Virus record (IMG/VR): IMGVR_UViG_3300021963_000021
Coordinates: 62,001 to 126,000 of that record
Direction: 5' to 3' (one strand)
DNA length: 64,000 bases
Part shown: positions 1 through 11,500 of the stretch, piece after piece
Layout: every line of letters begins with the position of its first letter
Position numbering within the stretch: position 1 is the stretch's first letter
The notes under the pieces: model-generated
The model's input: the letters and a program-made list of their open reading frames with translations, nothing else
Told to the model about the DNA's origin: nothing
Databases searched by the model: none
Program-made: the position numbers and the translations under genes

Positions 1-482
1 GTACCGCAGAAGCTGCCTGCTATAAAGCAGCAATAAGGAGCAGTACCTGTAGTACAATAACTTGTACCACCGCGGCCACCTTGAGCACACATACAACCGT
101 TAGTTGTACTGCTAAACCAACAGGCCTGTGTAGGATCCGAACAACCACGGAAACATAATCCGTCTGTGTTACCGCAGCTAAATCCCACTGTTCCACAGAT
201 TTTACAGCCAGTGGCCACGGCGAAAGAACGTTTAGCATAAGCGCCAGGATTACCCGGAAGTCCAGCGCCGCAGCAGCACATACGAGCACCACTACCACCA
301 GCACCCCATAATTCTAATGTTACACAACCTGCGCTAGGCGCTGTCCAGCAAAATCCTGTACAGAAATTTGTTCTTACGTTACCTGGGCTCCATGCCCAAA
401 CACGACCTTGTTCGAGGTTTTCCTCTTCATCTGCGATGAAGTTTAATTTTGTTCTTATTAATCCTCTAAAACTTGTAGGCAT
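1..482 (-). CDS. Cys/Gly-rich protein, paralogue of 484..1458 (runs off the window edge); putative fibre-tip/adhesin
   Basis: Not in ORF track (no stop in window). Hand translation from ATG at 482: MPTSFRGLIRTKLNFIADEEENLEQGRVWAWSPGN...LELWGAGGSGARMCCCGAGLPGN...GCMCAQGG, colinear with 484..1458. Confidence 0.85.
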   Translation of the reverse strand, partial: MPTSFRGLIRTKLNFIADEEENLEQGRVWAWSPGNVRTNFCTGFCWTAPSAGCVTLELWGAGGSGARMCCCGAGLPGNPGAYAKRSFAVATGCKICGTVGFSCGNTDGLCFRGCSDPTQACWFSSTTNGCMCAQGGRGGTSYCTTGTAPYCCFIAGSFCG

Positions 483-483
483 C

Positions 484-1458
484 TTAGAATCCCTCGATAA
501 ATTTAATTCTGATCATACCGTGTCCGCCTCGGCGTCCTTGATCTCTAACACCTGGACACGGAGCTCCTGCTGATCCTGGATGTCCTGGAGGTATATGTCC
601 AGAACAACCTTCGTTTTCATAACAGCCGCAACCACCACCGAAGCCCCAGTTATATGCGAACGGAATACCTGAGTTTGGTTTTTTACTTGCTGCTGACAGC
701 GCAGAAACGTGTTGGTGTGCGCCTTGACCGGACCAGTTTGAGAATTCGTTACCATCTTCTGTGGTAAACACAGCAACACCACCGCATTTAGCATATTGTC
801 CCGGTGGAATGGCTACATGATAGTGGAAGGAACATGGACATTGTGGTAAGCACCCAGCAAATAGCGTACAGCTAAAACCACCGCAGCGATTAACGTCACC
901 GCCAAAACCACAGCCAATCCAAGCACCGCCGAAGTAGTTACAGATCAAACCACAGTTATCGTTGTATGGACCACTGAAACAGAACCCTTGGTTGACAAAG
1001 CAACAGAACAAGGATGTGCCTGTAGAACACATCTGTCTACCGCCCAAACCACCTTGAGCACACATACAACCGCTTGCTCCGCAGTTTCCGTACCAATATA
1101 ACCCTGAGGCATCCGAACAGCCTTTAAAACATAGTCCTTCGTTACCACAGGCATAACCCACTGAACCGCAGATAAAGCAACCTGCGTTCATTCTTATTGT
1201 TTTCTTAGCATAGCCGCCTGCGTTACCTGGCAATCCGCCACCGCAGCAGCACATACGAGCACCACTACCACCAGCACCCCATAGCTCAATCACAGCAGTA
1301 CCGCAGGTAGGGGCAATCCAGCACATGGTAAACTGTGAAAAGTCGTTGCCTGGTGTATAAACCCAAACTCTTCCTCTTTCTAAATTTTCTTCAGCGCCTG
1401 CTGAGGTATAGAAAGAGTTAGTCTTGGTTCCTATCAGGCTTTTAAATGATGTTGGCAT
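484..1458 (-). CDS. Cys/Gly-rich protein (about 30 Cys in 324 aa), putative virion fibre-tip/adhesin
   Basis: WGAGGSG and C-terminal GGHGMIRIKF motifs of phage glycine-rich fibre domains; CCC motif; lies at the end of the fibre operon. Confidence 0.6.
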   Translation of the reverse strand: MPTSFKSLIGTKTNSFYTSAGAEENLERGRVWVYTPGNDFSQFTMCWIAPTCGTAVIELWGAGGSGARMCCCGGGLPGNAGGYAKKTIRMNAGCFICGSVGYACGNEGLCFKGCSDASGLYWYGNCGASGCMCAQGGLGGRQMCSTGTSLFCCFVNQGFCFSGPYNDNCGLICNYFGGAWIGCGFGGDVNRCGGFSCTLFAGCLPQCPCSFHYHVAIPPGQYAKCGGVAVFTTEDGNEFSNWSGQGAHQHVSALSAASKKPNSGIPFAYNWGFGGGCGCYENEGCSGHIPPGHPGSAGAPCPGVRDQGRRGGHGMIRIKFIEGF

Positions 1459-1500
1459 ATTGTTCTCGCTTCCTGTAAGTTGTGAATATCGCTCGCATCA

Positions 1501-1833
1501 TTAAGCCGATGATACAATCCATCCGTAGTTTGATCCTGTGTACACTAGTGTGATAATAGATCCGTTAATGTCTATTGTTAGATCGTCAGCAATATTCTGT
1601 ATCTTAGCACCATTTCTAGCAACAGTGATGTTGTTAGTAGCTGCTGATGCGCCAATATCAATGATCTGAATAGTGTCATTCAAAAACAGTGTGTTTGATG
1701 CCGGCAGCGTTATGGTAAATGCTGTGCTTGAAGAATTTGCTAAAATTCTGTCGTTTACTGAAGCGTTGAAGGTATTACTAACTTCACGTATAGTAGTACC
1801 TGCTGTTCCAGTTGTTGTGATATATCTTCCCAT
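1501..1833 (-). CDS. Small virion protein, stand-alone copy of a common tail-fibre/gp9-gp10-like domain
   Basis: AFTITLPAS...IQIID...TNNITVARNG...TLVY...GW pattern is common in phage fibre proteins; TAAATA upstream. Confidence 0.55.
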   Translation of the reverse strand: MGRYITTTGTAGTTIREVSNTFNASVNDRILANSSSTAFTITLPASNTLFLNDTIQIIDIGASAATNNITVARNGAKIQNIADDLTIDINGSIITLVYTGSNYGWIVSSA

Positions 1834-1858
1834 TTAAGTCCCCTATGGAATATTTATT

Positions 1859-2179
1859 TTATAACGTAGATGTTTCAAGTCCGAACGCTACGGCACTTAT
1901 GTTTGCTTGGTTACTGTAAACCACCAAAACTTTGCCTGCGTCCATGACTATACCAGTTCTTTCAAGCACACCTTTACCTAAAAGTTCTGTGTCGTATTCT
2001 ATCCATTCAGCGTTTCCTGGTGTTGCTGTAGTAGCAATCGCCATCCTGATGTTTGTAGCTTGGTTAGCTCTGTTACAGAGCGATACCGAAACCACCGCAA
2101 AAGTATCTGCCGGGCAGGTATACAACGTTGTGTTTGTTGCTGCTGCTAGGTCTTGAGCTCCTAATCTTCCTGTTGCCAT
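1859..2179 (-). CDS. Small beta-rich virion protein (fibre partner family, paralogue 1)
   Basis: LYTCP...VSLCN...ERTGIVM pattern shared with 14987..15316 and 27036..27398; AGGAG-like SD. Confidence 0.6.
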   Translation of the reverse strand: MATGRLGAQDLAAATNTTLYTCPADTFAVVSVSLCNRANQATNIRMAIATTATPGNAEWIEYDTELLGKGVLERTGIVMDAGKVLVVYSNQANISAVAFGLETSTL

Positions 2180-2190
2180 TTAAATCTCCA

Positions 2191-5100
2191 TTATCCTTGT
2201 AAGAACAAATTCATTGCTACTGGGTAGCCATCAATACCACGAGTAAATTCAAGTTTTGTGTTAACCGTAATTTTGAACCCAGTAGTTGTTGTGATCGTAG
2301 ACCCCGATACAAATACCGAACCTGCGGTAAGTGTATTTACGTTCAAAGTACTCGAACCAGAACCAATTTGTGAAGCAATATACGCTTTAATAGCTCTCTG
2401 TGTCGGGATCACTGTATCCGAATCAGCTGTAAAGAACGGATCTGTACTGAATTCAGTGATTGTCGCACCACCTGTGCCCAATTCTACCGATCCTAGCTGC
2501 AGTTCCTGTAGACCAGCTAGGTTAAACGCACTGGCATTCAAGCTAGCTGTACCAGTTGCCTGTTCAATGGTAAACAGATCGCCAACACGGAAATTACCGT
2601 CTTGGTCGGTTGATGTAAAGAACACACGTCCACCGCCACTTTCCACTGTTTCTGAGTCTTGATCTGGGTCAGTGTATGGTAGCCCCGGATAGTTTGTGCT
2701 GGTAAAGTTCCCAGTACCAATGTCCAAAAAGTCGTGTCCAGTTAAACGACACTGTGAATATCTGATTCTAGTTTCAAAACTTTCTTCATGTGCTGGTGCT
2801 TCGCTGATCGTCAACGCCGGGCTAATTTGTAATCTAGCAGTATATGGGCCTGTTCCAGCTAGGTTAGTAACTGTAACCAGCTTGTAATAGTTATTAGGCA
2901 AGCTGGAAAATACTACGTTAGACCCTGCTACAGGCACGCTGTAAAGATCTTTAACATCAACATAACCACCAGGTTGGTAGAAATCAGCATATCCGTCGCC
3001 GGCTACTGTTGATGTAGCAGTAACCCATAGTGTACCTCTGTTGTTGAATGTCGGATTACCCAACGCACCTCTGCCTGTTCTAACAGTATGCGGTGCTTCA
3101 ACGGTGTTGTTAGGATCTGTGATTGTCATTGTTGGAGCACTTGCATAACCGCTACCTGGCTCTACAATTCTAATCTGTGTGATTTTTCCATCAGTTATAG
3201 AACATCTTGCCTGTGTAGTAGCACCGGCTACTACATATCTTCCTGTTGTTCCTGTTGTATTGCTGATCAGTGCCCAACGAGGTGTCCAGTTTGTGTTTCC
3301 TAGAGCAGGTTTAGCGTAACGTCCACTGGTTACAGTTCTAGTAGACCAAACTATACCGTCTGGTGAAGTCCAAATTGAAGTACCTGCGGAATCTATACGT
3401 GTTCCCAAGAACACACCTTGACCATAAGAAACTCTGTTTGCGCCCGGAGGGCTAGAAACTGTGGTCCAAGTAGTACCATTAATACTATAAGCAGCCGCAG
3501 TACCTGTTGAGTTTACCGCAACAAATCTATTATTTCCAAATGTCACGCTAGACCATGTTGTGCTTGCTGGCATAGTAGCAGTGACCCAAGTAATACCGTC
3601 TAAACTGTAACCTGCTCCGTTTGTACCAGTAGCTACAGCAACAAACTTGCCTGCGCCATAAGTGATAGAAGTCCATGTAGTCACAGAGTTTGGCAACGGA
3701 TTAGCACCGTTTGCCCATGTAGTTCCGTTTGTAGAAATCACCGGAGTAGCAGAATCGCCCCTGACCCCAATAAATCTACCATTACCAAACGCCACAGCAT
3801 TGTAGGTTCCAGTCTGTGGCAACGAAGCAGTTGTCCATGTTTCACCACCGTTTGTTGAGTATGCTGCTGTCGTTGAACCTGTATTTGGCAATGCTACTGT
3901 ATACACAGTAGTTGATATCGTTCCACTAGCTACACTGGACCATGCCTGAGCAGCTGGCAATGTGGCGCTGGTCCATGTCACAGCATCTCGACTGTACATA
4001 CCCGAGCTTCCGCTTACTGGTACAGCAACATAGTTGCCACCACGGCCGTAGCCAGTATAGGTAAATCCTGTAATCACTCCGGCAGGCGATGTGACATTTG
4101 TAACTTTAATAGTTAGATTGTTAGTTGTAGCAGTACCATTTAAGCTGGTACCTGCGATTGTTAAAGTATTTCCGACGGCATAACCAGTACCACCGGCATT
4201 TAATGTAACAGTATATACTAGCCCAACCCTAACAACATCAAAAGTCGCCAGTGTGCCTGCACCGCCGGTGGCTGCTACTGCGCTATGACTAGATCTTGTC
4301 TGTACATACGCTACTTCGTTTACCCCAACAGTCACAGGTAGTGTTCCGGTTACAGTGTCAGTTAATGTAGGAGCAGTAAATGTTAATCTTGGCTCTATTA
4401 CATATTGTGTAGAAGCGTCAGGTGCTGTAATTGTTGTGCCAGGGACACTGTGATCCCAGCCTGCTGTACCTGTCGATTCTTTGTAGACCTGTGCTACTTT
4501 GGTACCACTGTTATAAGAGTTAATATATCCAAACTGTGATTGACCAGTACCTGATGTTAGGAATATTCTCATTCCAACATATGCTGAACTGGTATTTCCA
4601 TCTGTGGCTGCTAGTGTGATTGAAGTAGAAGATCCAGTTTGTGCTACGTTTTCAACGCTGATATAATCTGCGCCACCGTAGTTATCTGCTGGGTCGGTTA
4701 GTCTTACTTCAAATACAGCATTGTCACGTACTTCGTTGCCTGTAGTATCAGCATTGATACCAGCACCGTTGAACGTGTACGTTGCGCTGGTATAGTCACT
4801 GCCAGCATTCAAGAACTCAACACGCTGTATTGCGCTGTTATTGGTGATAACTTTTGCGATTGCTGCTTCTTCAAATCTGTTGTTTACTGTGCCTGTGACT
4901 GCTGTTTCTGTAGGATCAACGCCTTCGGACACACAACCAAATGTACCATAAGAACTGTTACCATTGGTAGCACGTATCTTACCACCGTTTTCAGCTAGGT
5001 AACCAATGTGTCCATAATATGAGAACACAGAAACAAGCTCTGTTCTTGCTAGGTTGGTACACCATACACCAATACCATCACTTAGTACCTGTGTAAAGTC

Positions 5101-8100
5101 GTTGGCAACTACTGATTTATTACCGCCACCATGTAGATTTCCATCGATCATTAGACCAACGCAGGCAGTACCAAAAGTCGTAACGTTCTGTACATAACAA
5201 GATCTTGTGGTAATCCATGCTCTAGTGTCGCCTGTGCCCCATCCTGGGTCAAGAGATACATAAGCACCTGCGGTAGGACGTTTTGTACCATACGCATTAA
5301 CCGCACCTAGTGTGCCTGTTAATCCCTGTACTGTGCAGTTACGTAAGCCAGTGCTGTTTCTAACCAAGAACATGTTCTGTAATAGAGAACCAGTTACACC
5401 GTTGACATACAATTTTGCTGCTGTCAGTGTTGCGTAATTGCCTGTGTATATCAAATCATATTTGAGAGCGTCGATATACTCACTGACATCACGAGCGCAG
5501 GCTGCTAGAGTATATGTGTAACTAGGATACGCATTCGCGATGTAAGCGTGTATTTCAGCTATGATAAATGATCTATTCAATTCTAACTGTCTTACCGCAG
5601 CATAGACATCGTAAGCCGACACAGGAGCAACTGTTCCTGACATACTAGGAGCAGAACCAGAAGAATTAACATAGTAATTGATGTAGTCGTATGCGTTCTG
5701 TACTAATCCCTGTGCTAATGTGCCTTGTGTGGCTGTGGCAAACGGTTTAGTTTGACTCTGTGTCAACGTATTAGGATTAGAACCTGTGGTTGTTTTGGTT
5801 ACTGTCGAACCTTGTATTATTGTTGTAACTATTGCTTTCAGTCTTGTTAACGCATCAAGACTCTTGGCAACATCACCTACTCCAATTTGACTCGGCGCTG
5901 GTCTAATATTTGTAGATCTTAATTCGTCTCCGACTACTGCTGTATTGATAGGTACAACAATAGGCAGTGTTTCGTAGAATACACCAGTCTTAACCAGTAT
6001 TGTTCTTTGAGGTAATACTTCAACTGGAATATTTGTAGAAGTTCCGGCCAGTACGTTTACATATACTATGTCTTTTAAATCAGCTAACTGATCTAACGCA
6101 TCTTGTTCGGCAGTATAGCTAATATCTTGTATTTGTAATATTCTATTGCCAACAGTTATACCATTCAATGTTTGATAGTTTGCTGCCGGAGGAGTATTAG
6201 TCAACACCGCAGCAATAGCCACTGTGTTAATCGCATATTGTAATGCCGCTACAGTTTCCTGTTCTTGGCCTAGAGAATAAACGTTAGGAGCATTATTAAT
6301 GTATTCTAATGTAGCTCTTCTTGTGTTTGCGTTGCCGCCTTGACGAACGTCTTTGATCAACGCATCAATGATATATCCTACATCTCGTTCGCATTTAGTT
6401 TTGTCATAGGTAAATCCAGACACGAACGGTGAGATATTATTTGTTCTTTGGTAATCGATCCATTCAACAGTTTCACGTTGTATAAATTGTCTATTGATTT
6501 CTAATAGATATGCTGCCTGTGGATTTCTAGCACCTTTTTCTATTTGCTGGCAGGCGTATTGTATGGTATTCCATGGCTTGTCTAAGGTTATGCCCCAAGT
6601 TGGAGCAGGACTGTCAGTGCCAGCAGTATCAACATAGTACAGCTGATCAATTAATCCCCAATACTTCCACTGCGGAGCACTGGCGTTACTGACTACTAGT
6701 ACCTGACCATCAGATCCGATTGGCAGTCTTGTTGGTCCTGCGCCACCATAATAAACGATATCGCCTTGTGTAGTTAAAACGTTAACTTCACTACCGACTG
6801 ATAATACATTCCAATAAGTGCCAGTAACATCAACATCTGGTCTTGTTACTAGAGTTCCTACAGTTAATGTCGAACCATCATCACCCTCTGAATGGTGAGC
6901 ATTTACACAGATATAGCTGTTAGGACCGTATCTAACAGCATCTCCTAGCATGTAATCGTAGTCATCTCTCCATTGTCCTAACCAACGGATACCGCTGTTT
7001 AGTCTTGACCAGTAGCTTGGATTCGCTGGGTGGGCAGTAACTGTTACAGTCATTGACCCTGATGATGTCTGTACATCAACTGGTGTAGACCCATTTTCTA
7101 AAACACGAACGGTAAATTGCGTACTGCTAGGTACACTGTTTACATAATAGGTAACGTTATTTTGTATGTTACCAAATGTTGTGCCACCGAAGCGCACACT
7201 CATTCCTACTACAAAACCAGTAGTATCGCCTACAGTTATTCTTTTTGTAGCAACATCTGTGGCTGTAGCAGTTGCGGTAATATTAGGTACATCAACAACA
7301 GCGATGTAGGTATATCCGTTTAGTCTTACTACATCTCCGACTTTATAGTCTAATGTGTAATCCCAATCGTTTTGTAATTTGAAACCAGTAGTAAACAGAT
7401 CCCAATTCTGTGATCCTGTCACTGCTGTTGTAGGTTTAATATTGCTGTGGTTAGTCTTTGCTATGTAAGCATAGCCACCGTAGGTAATGACGTCACCTGG
7501 TTGATAAATTGTTGCCGAATTCCATGAGCTCTCAAACTCAAGACCTTCAACAAATCTAGCCCAGTATCCAGAATCTTCGTCATCTTCGAATGTAGTTGTC
7601 TGAGATGATGTGTGCTTTGCTGTACAGATCCACAAACTAGCACCGTATTTGACAACATCGTTGATTTTGTAGTCGACGTTATAGTCATCCCAGTCACCAA
7701 GATATTCGATACCTTGGTTAAAATAATCCCATTTTCCTTGATCATCTTCAAGACCTAGAGTAAATGTAGCTGCTGATGTATGACCTTCGTTACAGACATA
7801 TGTTGTACCACCAAACTTAACTACGTCATTGATTTTATATCGATAGCTAGTAGTCCAATCAGTTTTCCAATCAAACGCCTCTGAATAGATATCCCATTTA
7901 GCTAAATCTTCTGCTATTCCAGGAGTTACTCTGCCTAGCCCCTCTAGACCTTGTGTGATAGTAGAAGCTGATGAATGTCCTAGATTACATAGGTAAAGAT
8001 TACCGCCGTATTTGACGATATCGTTTAATTTGTATCTCGTTGAAGTAGTCCAGTCGCCCTTCCAGTCAAATGACTCGGCAAATTGATCCCACTTTGAAAG

Positions 8101-8451
8101 TGTGCTATCGCCTAGATCTAGATCTGCTTCAAGCCCAAGTGCTAGCGTGGCAGCGGAGGTGTGCCCAACTGTACAAAGATAGACTTGCCCACCGTATTTT
8201 ACTATGTCATTTTTATAGTAAACTTCTCCAGTGACCCAATCGCCTCTCCACTTTGTTCCGTCCGAGATTTGATTCCATCTTGCTGGTACGTTTTCAGCGT
8301 CTACATAAAAGTCCGTATCTGCTACGTGACCGATAACGCAGATGAAAACTTTACCGTTGACTCGTACTACGTCATCTTTGACGTAGGTGGTCCCGGCAAC
8401 CCATTCGCCTTTCCAAATAAAGCGTATTCTACCTAATTTAAACTCAGCCAT
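2191..8451 (-). CDS. Giant virion fibre/structural protein (~2086 aa): W-x-G-x-W/DxVKYGG repeats, beta-helix region, Asp-box propeller
   Basis: N-terminal CBM5/12-like repeats (WKGDW...NDIVKYGG..Y.C...HTS), S-x-D/N-G-x-T-W Asp-boxes, C-terminal GHDFLDIGTG...STDQDGNFRVG. ATG at 8451 (TTG at 8454 is an alternative). Confidence 0.7.
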   Translation of the reverse strand: MAEFKLGRIRFIWKGEWVAGTTYVKDDVVRVNGKVFICVIGHVADTDFYVDAENVPARWNQISDGTKWRGDWVTGEVYYKNDIVKYGGQVYLCTVGHTSAATLALGLEADLDLGDSTLSKWDQFAESFDWKGDWTTSTRYKLNDIVKYGGNLYLCNLGHSSASTITQGLEGLGRVTPGIAEDLAKWDIYSEAFDWKTDWTTSYRYKINDVVKFGGTTYVCNEGHTSAATFTLGLEDDQGKWDYFNQGIEYLGDWDDYNVDYKINDVVKYGASLWICTAKHTSSQTTTFEDDEDSGYWARFVEGLEFESSWNSATIYQPGDVITYGGYAYIAKTNHSNIKPTTAVTGSQNWDLFTTGFKLQNDWDYTLDYKVGDVVRLNGYTYIAVVDVPNITATATATDVATKRITVGDTTGFVVGMSVRFGGTTFGNIQNNVTYYVNSVPSSTQFTVRVLENGSTPVDVQTSSGSMTVTVTAHPANPSYWSRLNSGIRWLGQWRDDYDYMLGDAVRYGPNSYICVNAHHSEGDDGSTLTVGTLVTRPDVDVTGTYWNVLSVGSEVNVLTTQGDIVYYGGAGPTRLPIGSDGQVLVVSNASAPQWKYWGLIDQLYYVDTAGTDSPAPTWGITLDKPWNTIQYACQQIEKGARNPQAAYLLEINRQFIQRETVEWIDYQRTNNISPFVSGFTYDKTKCERDVGYIIDALIKDVRQGGNANTRRATLEYINNAPNVYSLGQEQETVAALQYAINTVAIAAVLTNTPPAANYQTLNGITVGNRILQIQDISYTAEQDALDQLADLKDIVYVNVLAGTSTNIPVEVLPQRTILVKTGVFYETLPIVVPINTAVVGDELRSTNIRPAPSQIGVGDVAKSLDALTRLKAIVTTIIQGSTVTKTTTGSNPNTLTQSQTKPFATATQGTLAQGLVQNAYDYINYYVNSSGSAPSMSGTVAPVSAYDVYAAVRQLELNRSFIIAEIHAYIANAYPSYTYTLAACARDVSEYIDALKYDLIYTGNYATLTAAKLYVNGVTGSLLQNMFLVRNSTGLRNCTVQGLTGTLGAVNAYGTKRPTAGAYVSLDPGWGTGDTRAWITTRSCYVQNVTTFGTACVGLMIDGNLHGGGNKSVVANDFTQVLSDGIGVWCTNLARTELVSVFSYYGHIGYLAENGGKIRATNGNSSYGTFGCVSEGVDPTETAVTGTVNNRFEEAAIAKVITNNSAIQRVEFLNAGSDYTSATYTFNGAGINADTTGNEVRDNAVFEVRLTDPADNYGGADYISVENVAQTGSSTSITLAATDGNTSSAYVGMRIFLTSGTGQSQFGYINSYNSGTKVAQVYKESTGTAGWDHSVPGTTITAPDASTQYVIEPRLTFTAPTLTDTVTGTLPVTVGVNEVAYVQTRSSHSAVAATGGAGTLATFDVVRVGLVYTVTLNAGGTGYAVGNTLTIAGTSLNGTATTNNLTIKVTNVTSPAGVITGFTYTGYGRGGNYVAVPVSGSSGMYSRDAVTWTSATLPAAQAWSSVASGTISTTVYTVALPNTGSTTAAYSTNGGETWTTASLPQTGTYNAVAFGNGRFIGVRGDSATPVISTNGTTWANGANPLPNSVTTWTSITYGAGKFVAVATGTNGAGYSLDGITWVTATMPASTTWSSVTFGNNRFVAVNSTGTAAAYSINGTTWTTVSSPPGANRVSYGQGVFLGTRIDSAGTSIWTSPDGIVWSTRTVTSGRYAKPALGNTNWTPRWALISNTTGTTGRYVVAGATTQARCSITDGKITQIRIVEPGSGYASAPTMTITDPNNTVEAPHTVRTGRGALGNPTFNNRGTLWVTATSTVAGDGYADFYQPGGYVDVKDLYSVPVAGSNVVFSSLPNNYYKLVTVTNLAGTGPYTARLQISPALTISEAPAHEESFETRIRYSQCRLTGHDFLDIGTGNFTSTNYPGLPYTDPDQDSETVESGGGRVFFTSTDQDGNFRVGDLFTIEQATGTASLNASAFNLAGLQELQLGSVELGTGGATITEFSTDPFFTADSDTVIPTQRAIKAYIASQIGSGSSTLNVNTLTAGSVFVSGSTITTTTGFKITVNTKLEFTRGIDGYPVAMNLFLQG

Positions 8452-8503
8452 CAATCACTCCGCATATGATGTTAGTATATTTATCCATACCCAAAAACTG
8501 TCC

Positions 8504-11500
8504 TTAACCCAAATCTCTACCAGTTTCTTGCCAATCTAGCTGCGAATTAAAGCTATCTGCAAACATACTCCATGCTGTCATATATCCACCCGCACCCTTT
8601 TTAAACAATACTGGCACTGTAATTTGATCCCTAATACCTGTGGTATTTCCGATACTGTCTGGCCCTATTGATACTGTACCAGCTATCAAACGACCTGTAG
8701 CAGCATCAGATCCACCTCCCGAAATACGTCTACCAATATAGGCTTTGATCGCTTTCTGCGTCGGCACTATATTGTTTGAATCTGCGGTAAATGTAGCATC
8801 TGTAGAAAATTCTCGGATAACTACACCAGTACCGCCCACTCTAATACCACCTAATCTAATTTCTGATAAACCGCTTAGGTCAAAATAATCAGCACTAATA
8901 GTAATAACACCCGTGGCCTGTTCAACCGCAAACAATTCTCCTACTCGGAAATTACCATCTTGGTCGGTCGATGTATAGAAACAGCGACCACCGCCTCTGT
9001 AATAAATTTCTTTGTCTGGTTGGAAATTGTTAACAGCAGTGTAAGGATAATTTGTATCTATAAAATTACCAGTACCAATTTCCAAAAAGTCGTGTCCAGT
9101 TAATCGAACTTGACTGTATTTTTCACGTATCAATACCTCAGTGCCGTTTACAGGCGCATTGGTTCTTGTAAATGCTGGACTTACTGTAACTGCTATTCTA
9201 GCATTTGGAACTGAACCGCTCACAAGGGCAACAGTTAACACCCTGTAAACAGTGTCGGTGGATCCGTCTGGGGCTACAATTGAAGTTGTTCCGGTGCCAA
9301 CTGACACATAAACGTTAGCACCACCTATAATGCTAGTGCCAGCCGTTAACGGATAAGGTCTTTCTTTCCATATTAGACCGTCCGTTGATGTAACAAATTC
9401 ATCAACGTTATTGCCAACTACAATAAATTTTTTGTTGGCAAATGTAGCAGATCTCCAATCACCAACAATAGGCAATGTACCTTCAGTCCAGGTAGTTCCA
9501 GCATCGTCAGTCCACGCATAGGTATCACTACCAGATGCAAAGACTACAAACAAATTTTTACCATATGTAACTGCGGTCCATGATTGTGTTGATGACAGTG
9601 CTATGCCGTTCCAATTTATACCGTCGTTTGATGTAGCTCCGACTGTGCCTCCTGATGCTACGGCCATAAACAGACCGCTGCCATAAGTTACTGCTTCCCA
9701 GTTTGCTGACGAAGGCATAGAAGATTCTAGCCAGGTTGCGCCACCGTCGATAGAATATGCTGCTTTGTTAGATCCAGAAGCAACAGCAACAAATGTACCG
9801 CCGCCAAATGCTAAAGAAGTCCATGTTCTTCCTGCTGGTAATGTTGAAGACGACCAAGTAATTCCAGTTGTACTGTAGGCTGCGTTAGTTGATGATTTAG
9901 CTATTGCCGCATAGTATCCGTTGCCGTAGGCCACGCTAGTCCATGCTGCCGATGTTGGCATTGTAGCTGATGACCATGAAGTACCGTCTGTAGAATATGC
10001 TGCCTGTGTAGTTGGTGCTCCGGTAGTGCCTGCTACTGCAACAAATCTAGTACCATAGGTTACTCCTGACCAATTATTGTTAGACGGCATATTGTTTTCC
10101 ACCCAACTGATTAAATCTAATGTAAGGTTAGCACCTGTTCTTGGCAGTCTTGTTACGTTATCTAATATCAAAGCCTTTCCTACAGGATATATGTCAGCGT
10201 AACCATCACCGCTGACTGTTACAATAGTTGTAGAAGTTTTATATCCAAGACCTCTATTGGTAAATGTTGGGTTTCCTAACACACCTACACCGACACGACA
10301 TTCTATATTCACCTCTGAGGTGTTGTTTGGGTCTGTGAGGACCGCTGTGGGCGTTGTTAGATATCCGCTACCTGGCTCCCATAGTTTTATTCTAGATACT
10401 CTACCGCCATTAATTTCCACACGGCCTTTGGCTGTAGCACCATAGTTAATGAGATTACCATTGGTTCCTGTGCTAGGTATAGTAATCCAAGCACCATTAT
10501 TATTTGGATTACCAAATGCTGCCGATACTCGTCCTAAATTACCAGTAACTGTTTTTGCTACCCAATAATTACCATCATCGGAAAATGCCACCGTAGCTGT
10601 TGTAGATGTTGATACTGCTAAAAACTGTCCCTGTCCGTAGGATACATGATTCCAGTTGCTTGATACCGGCATCACTGTAGCATACCAATTAATACCGTTG
10701 GTACTTACTGCTGCTGCGCCAGTTCCTGAAGCTACGGCTACAAATGCTCCGTTACCAAATGTTATAGATGTCCATGTTGCTGTTGCTGGCAGTGTTGTTG
10801 CTGTCCATGTCTGGCCGCCATCTGTTGAATAGGCCGCAGCGTTGCTGGTAGTTCTTATAGCTACAAATTTTCCGGCACCGTAGGCTACTGATGCCCATAT
10901 TCCGGTACTTGACAGCGTCGATGAATTCCAACTTAATCCGTCTGCGCTGTATGCTGCTGTTGTTCCTGAAGATGCTGATATAGCAACATAAGCGCCGCCA
11001 CCATAGGCCACCGAAGACCAGTTAGTGGTTGTGCCAGGCATCGATCCTGTACTCCAAGAAGTTCCGTTAGCACTCACTGATACCTGTGCTGGACTTCCTA
11101 CGTTTGTTGCGTTTGTAGCTACTGCTACAAAGTTTCCACCGCCATATGTTATAGAACTGTATGCGCCACCAGCAGGAACTGGCAGAGTTGCTGTTAATAG
11201 CGATGACCCGTTATAGACTGACGCAGTACCAGATGCTCCTAACAGCACCCATACTCCTGCCCCAAACGCTGAGTCTACCCAAGTTTGACTAGGTACTGTC
11301 AACACTGTGTTAGAATAATCTGGTGTGGTAAATGTTATTCTAGGTTCAATACGATATACAGATGTAGTATCTAGTAATGCTATATTTTGTGTGGCACCGT
11401 TAACATGCTGGAATCCTGCCTTGTGGACGTACATTAACCCTAAGCTGGTTGTTATGGATTCCGCAGAACCCCCTGGTAGTGTACTCACAGCAAACTGTGT

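Noticed and set aside
20-1154. Short alternative-frame ORFs (20..304, 513..794, 945..1154)
   Set aside because: They are off-frame shadows of the Cys/Gly-rich genes; the real gene at the left edge is the open frame starting at 482.
1-1458. Diversity-generating retroelement template/variable repeats
   Set aside because: Both copies are coding, differences are not adenine-specific, and no reverse transcriptase is in the window.
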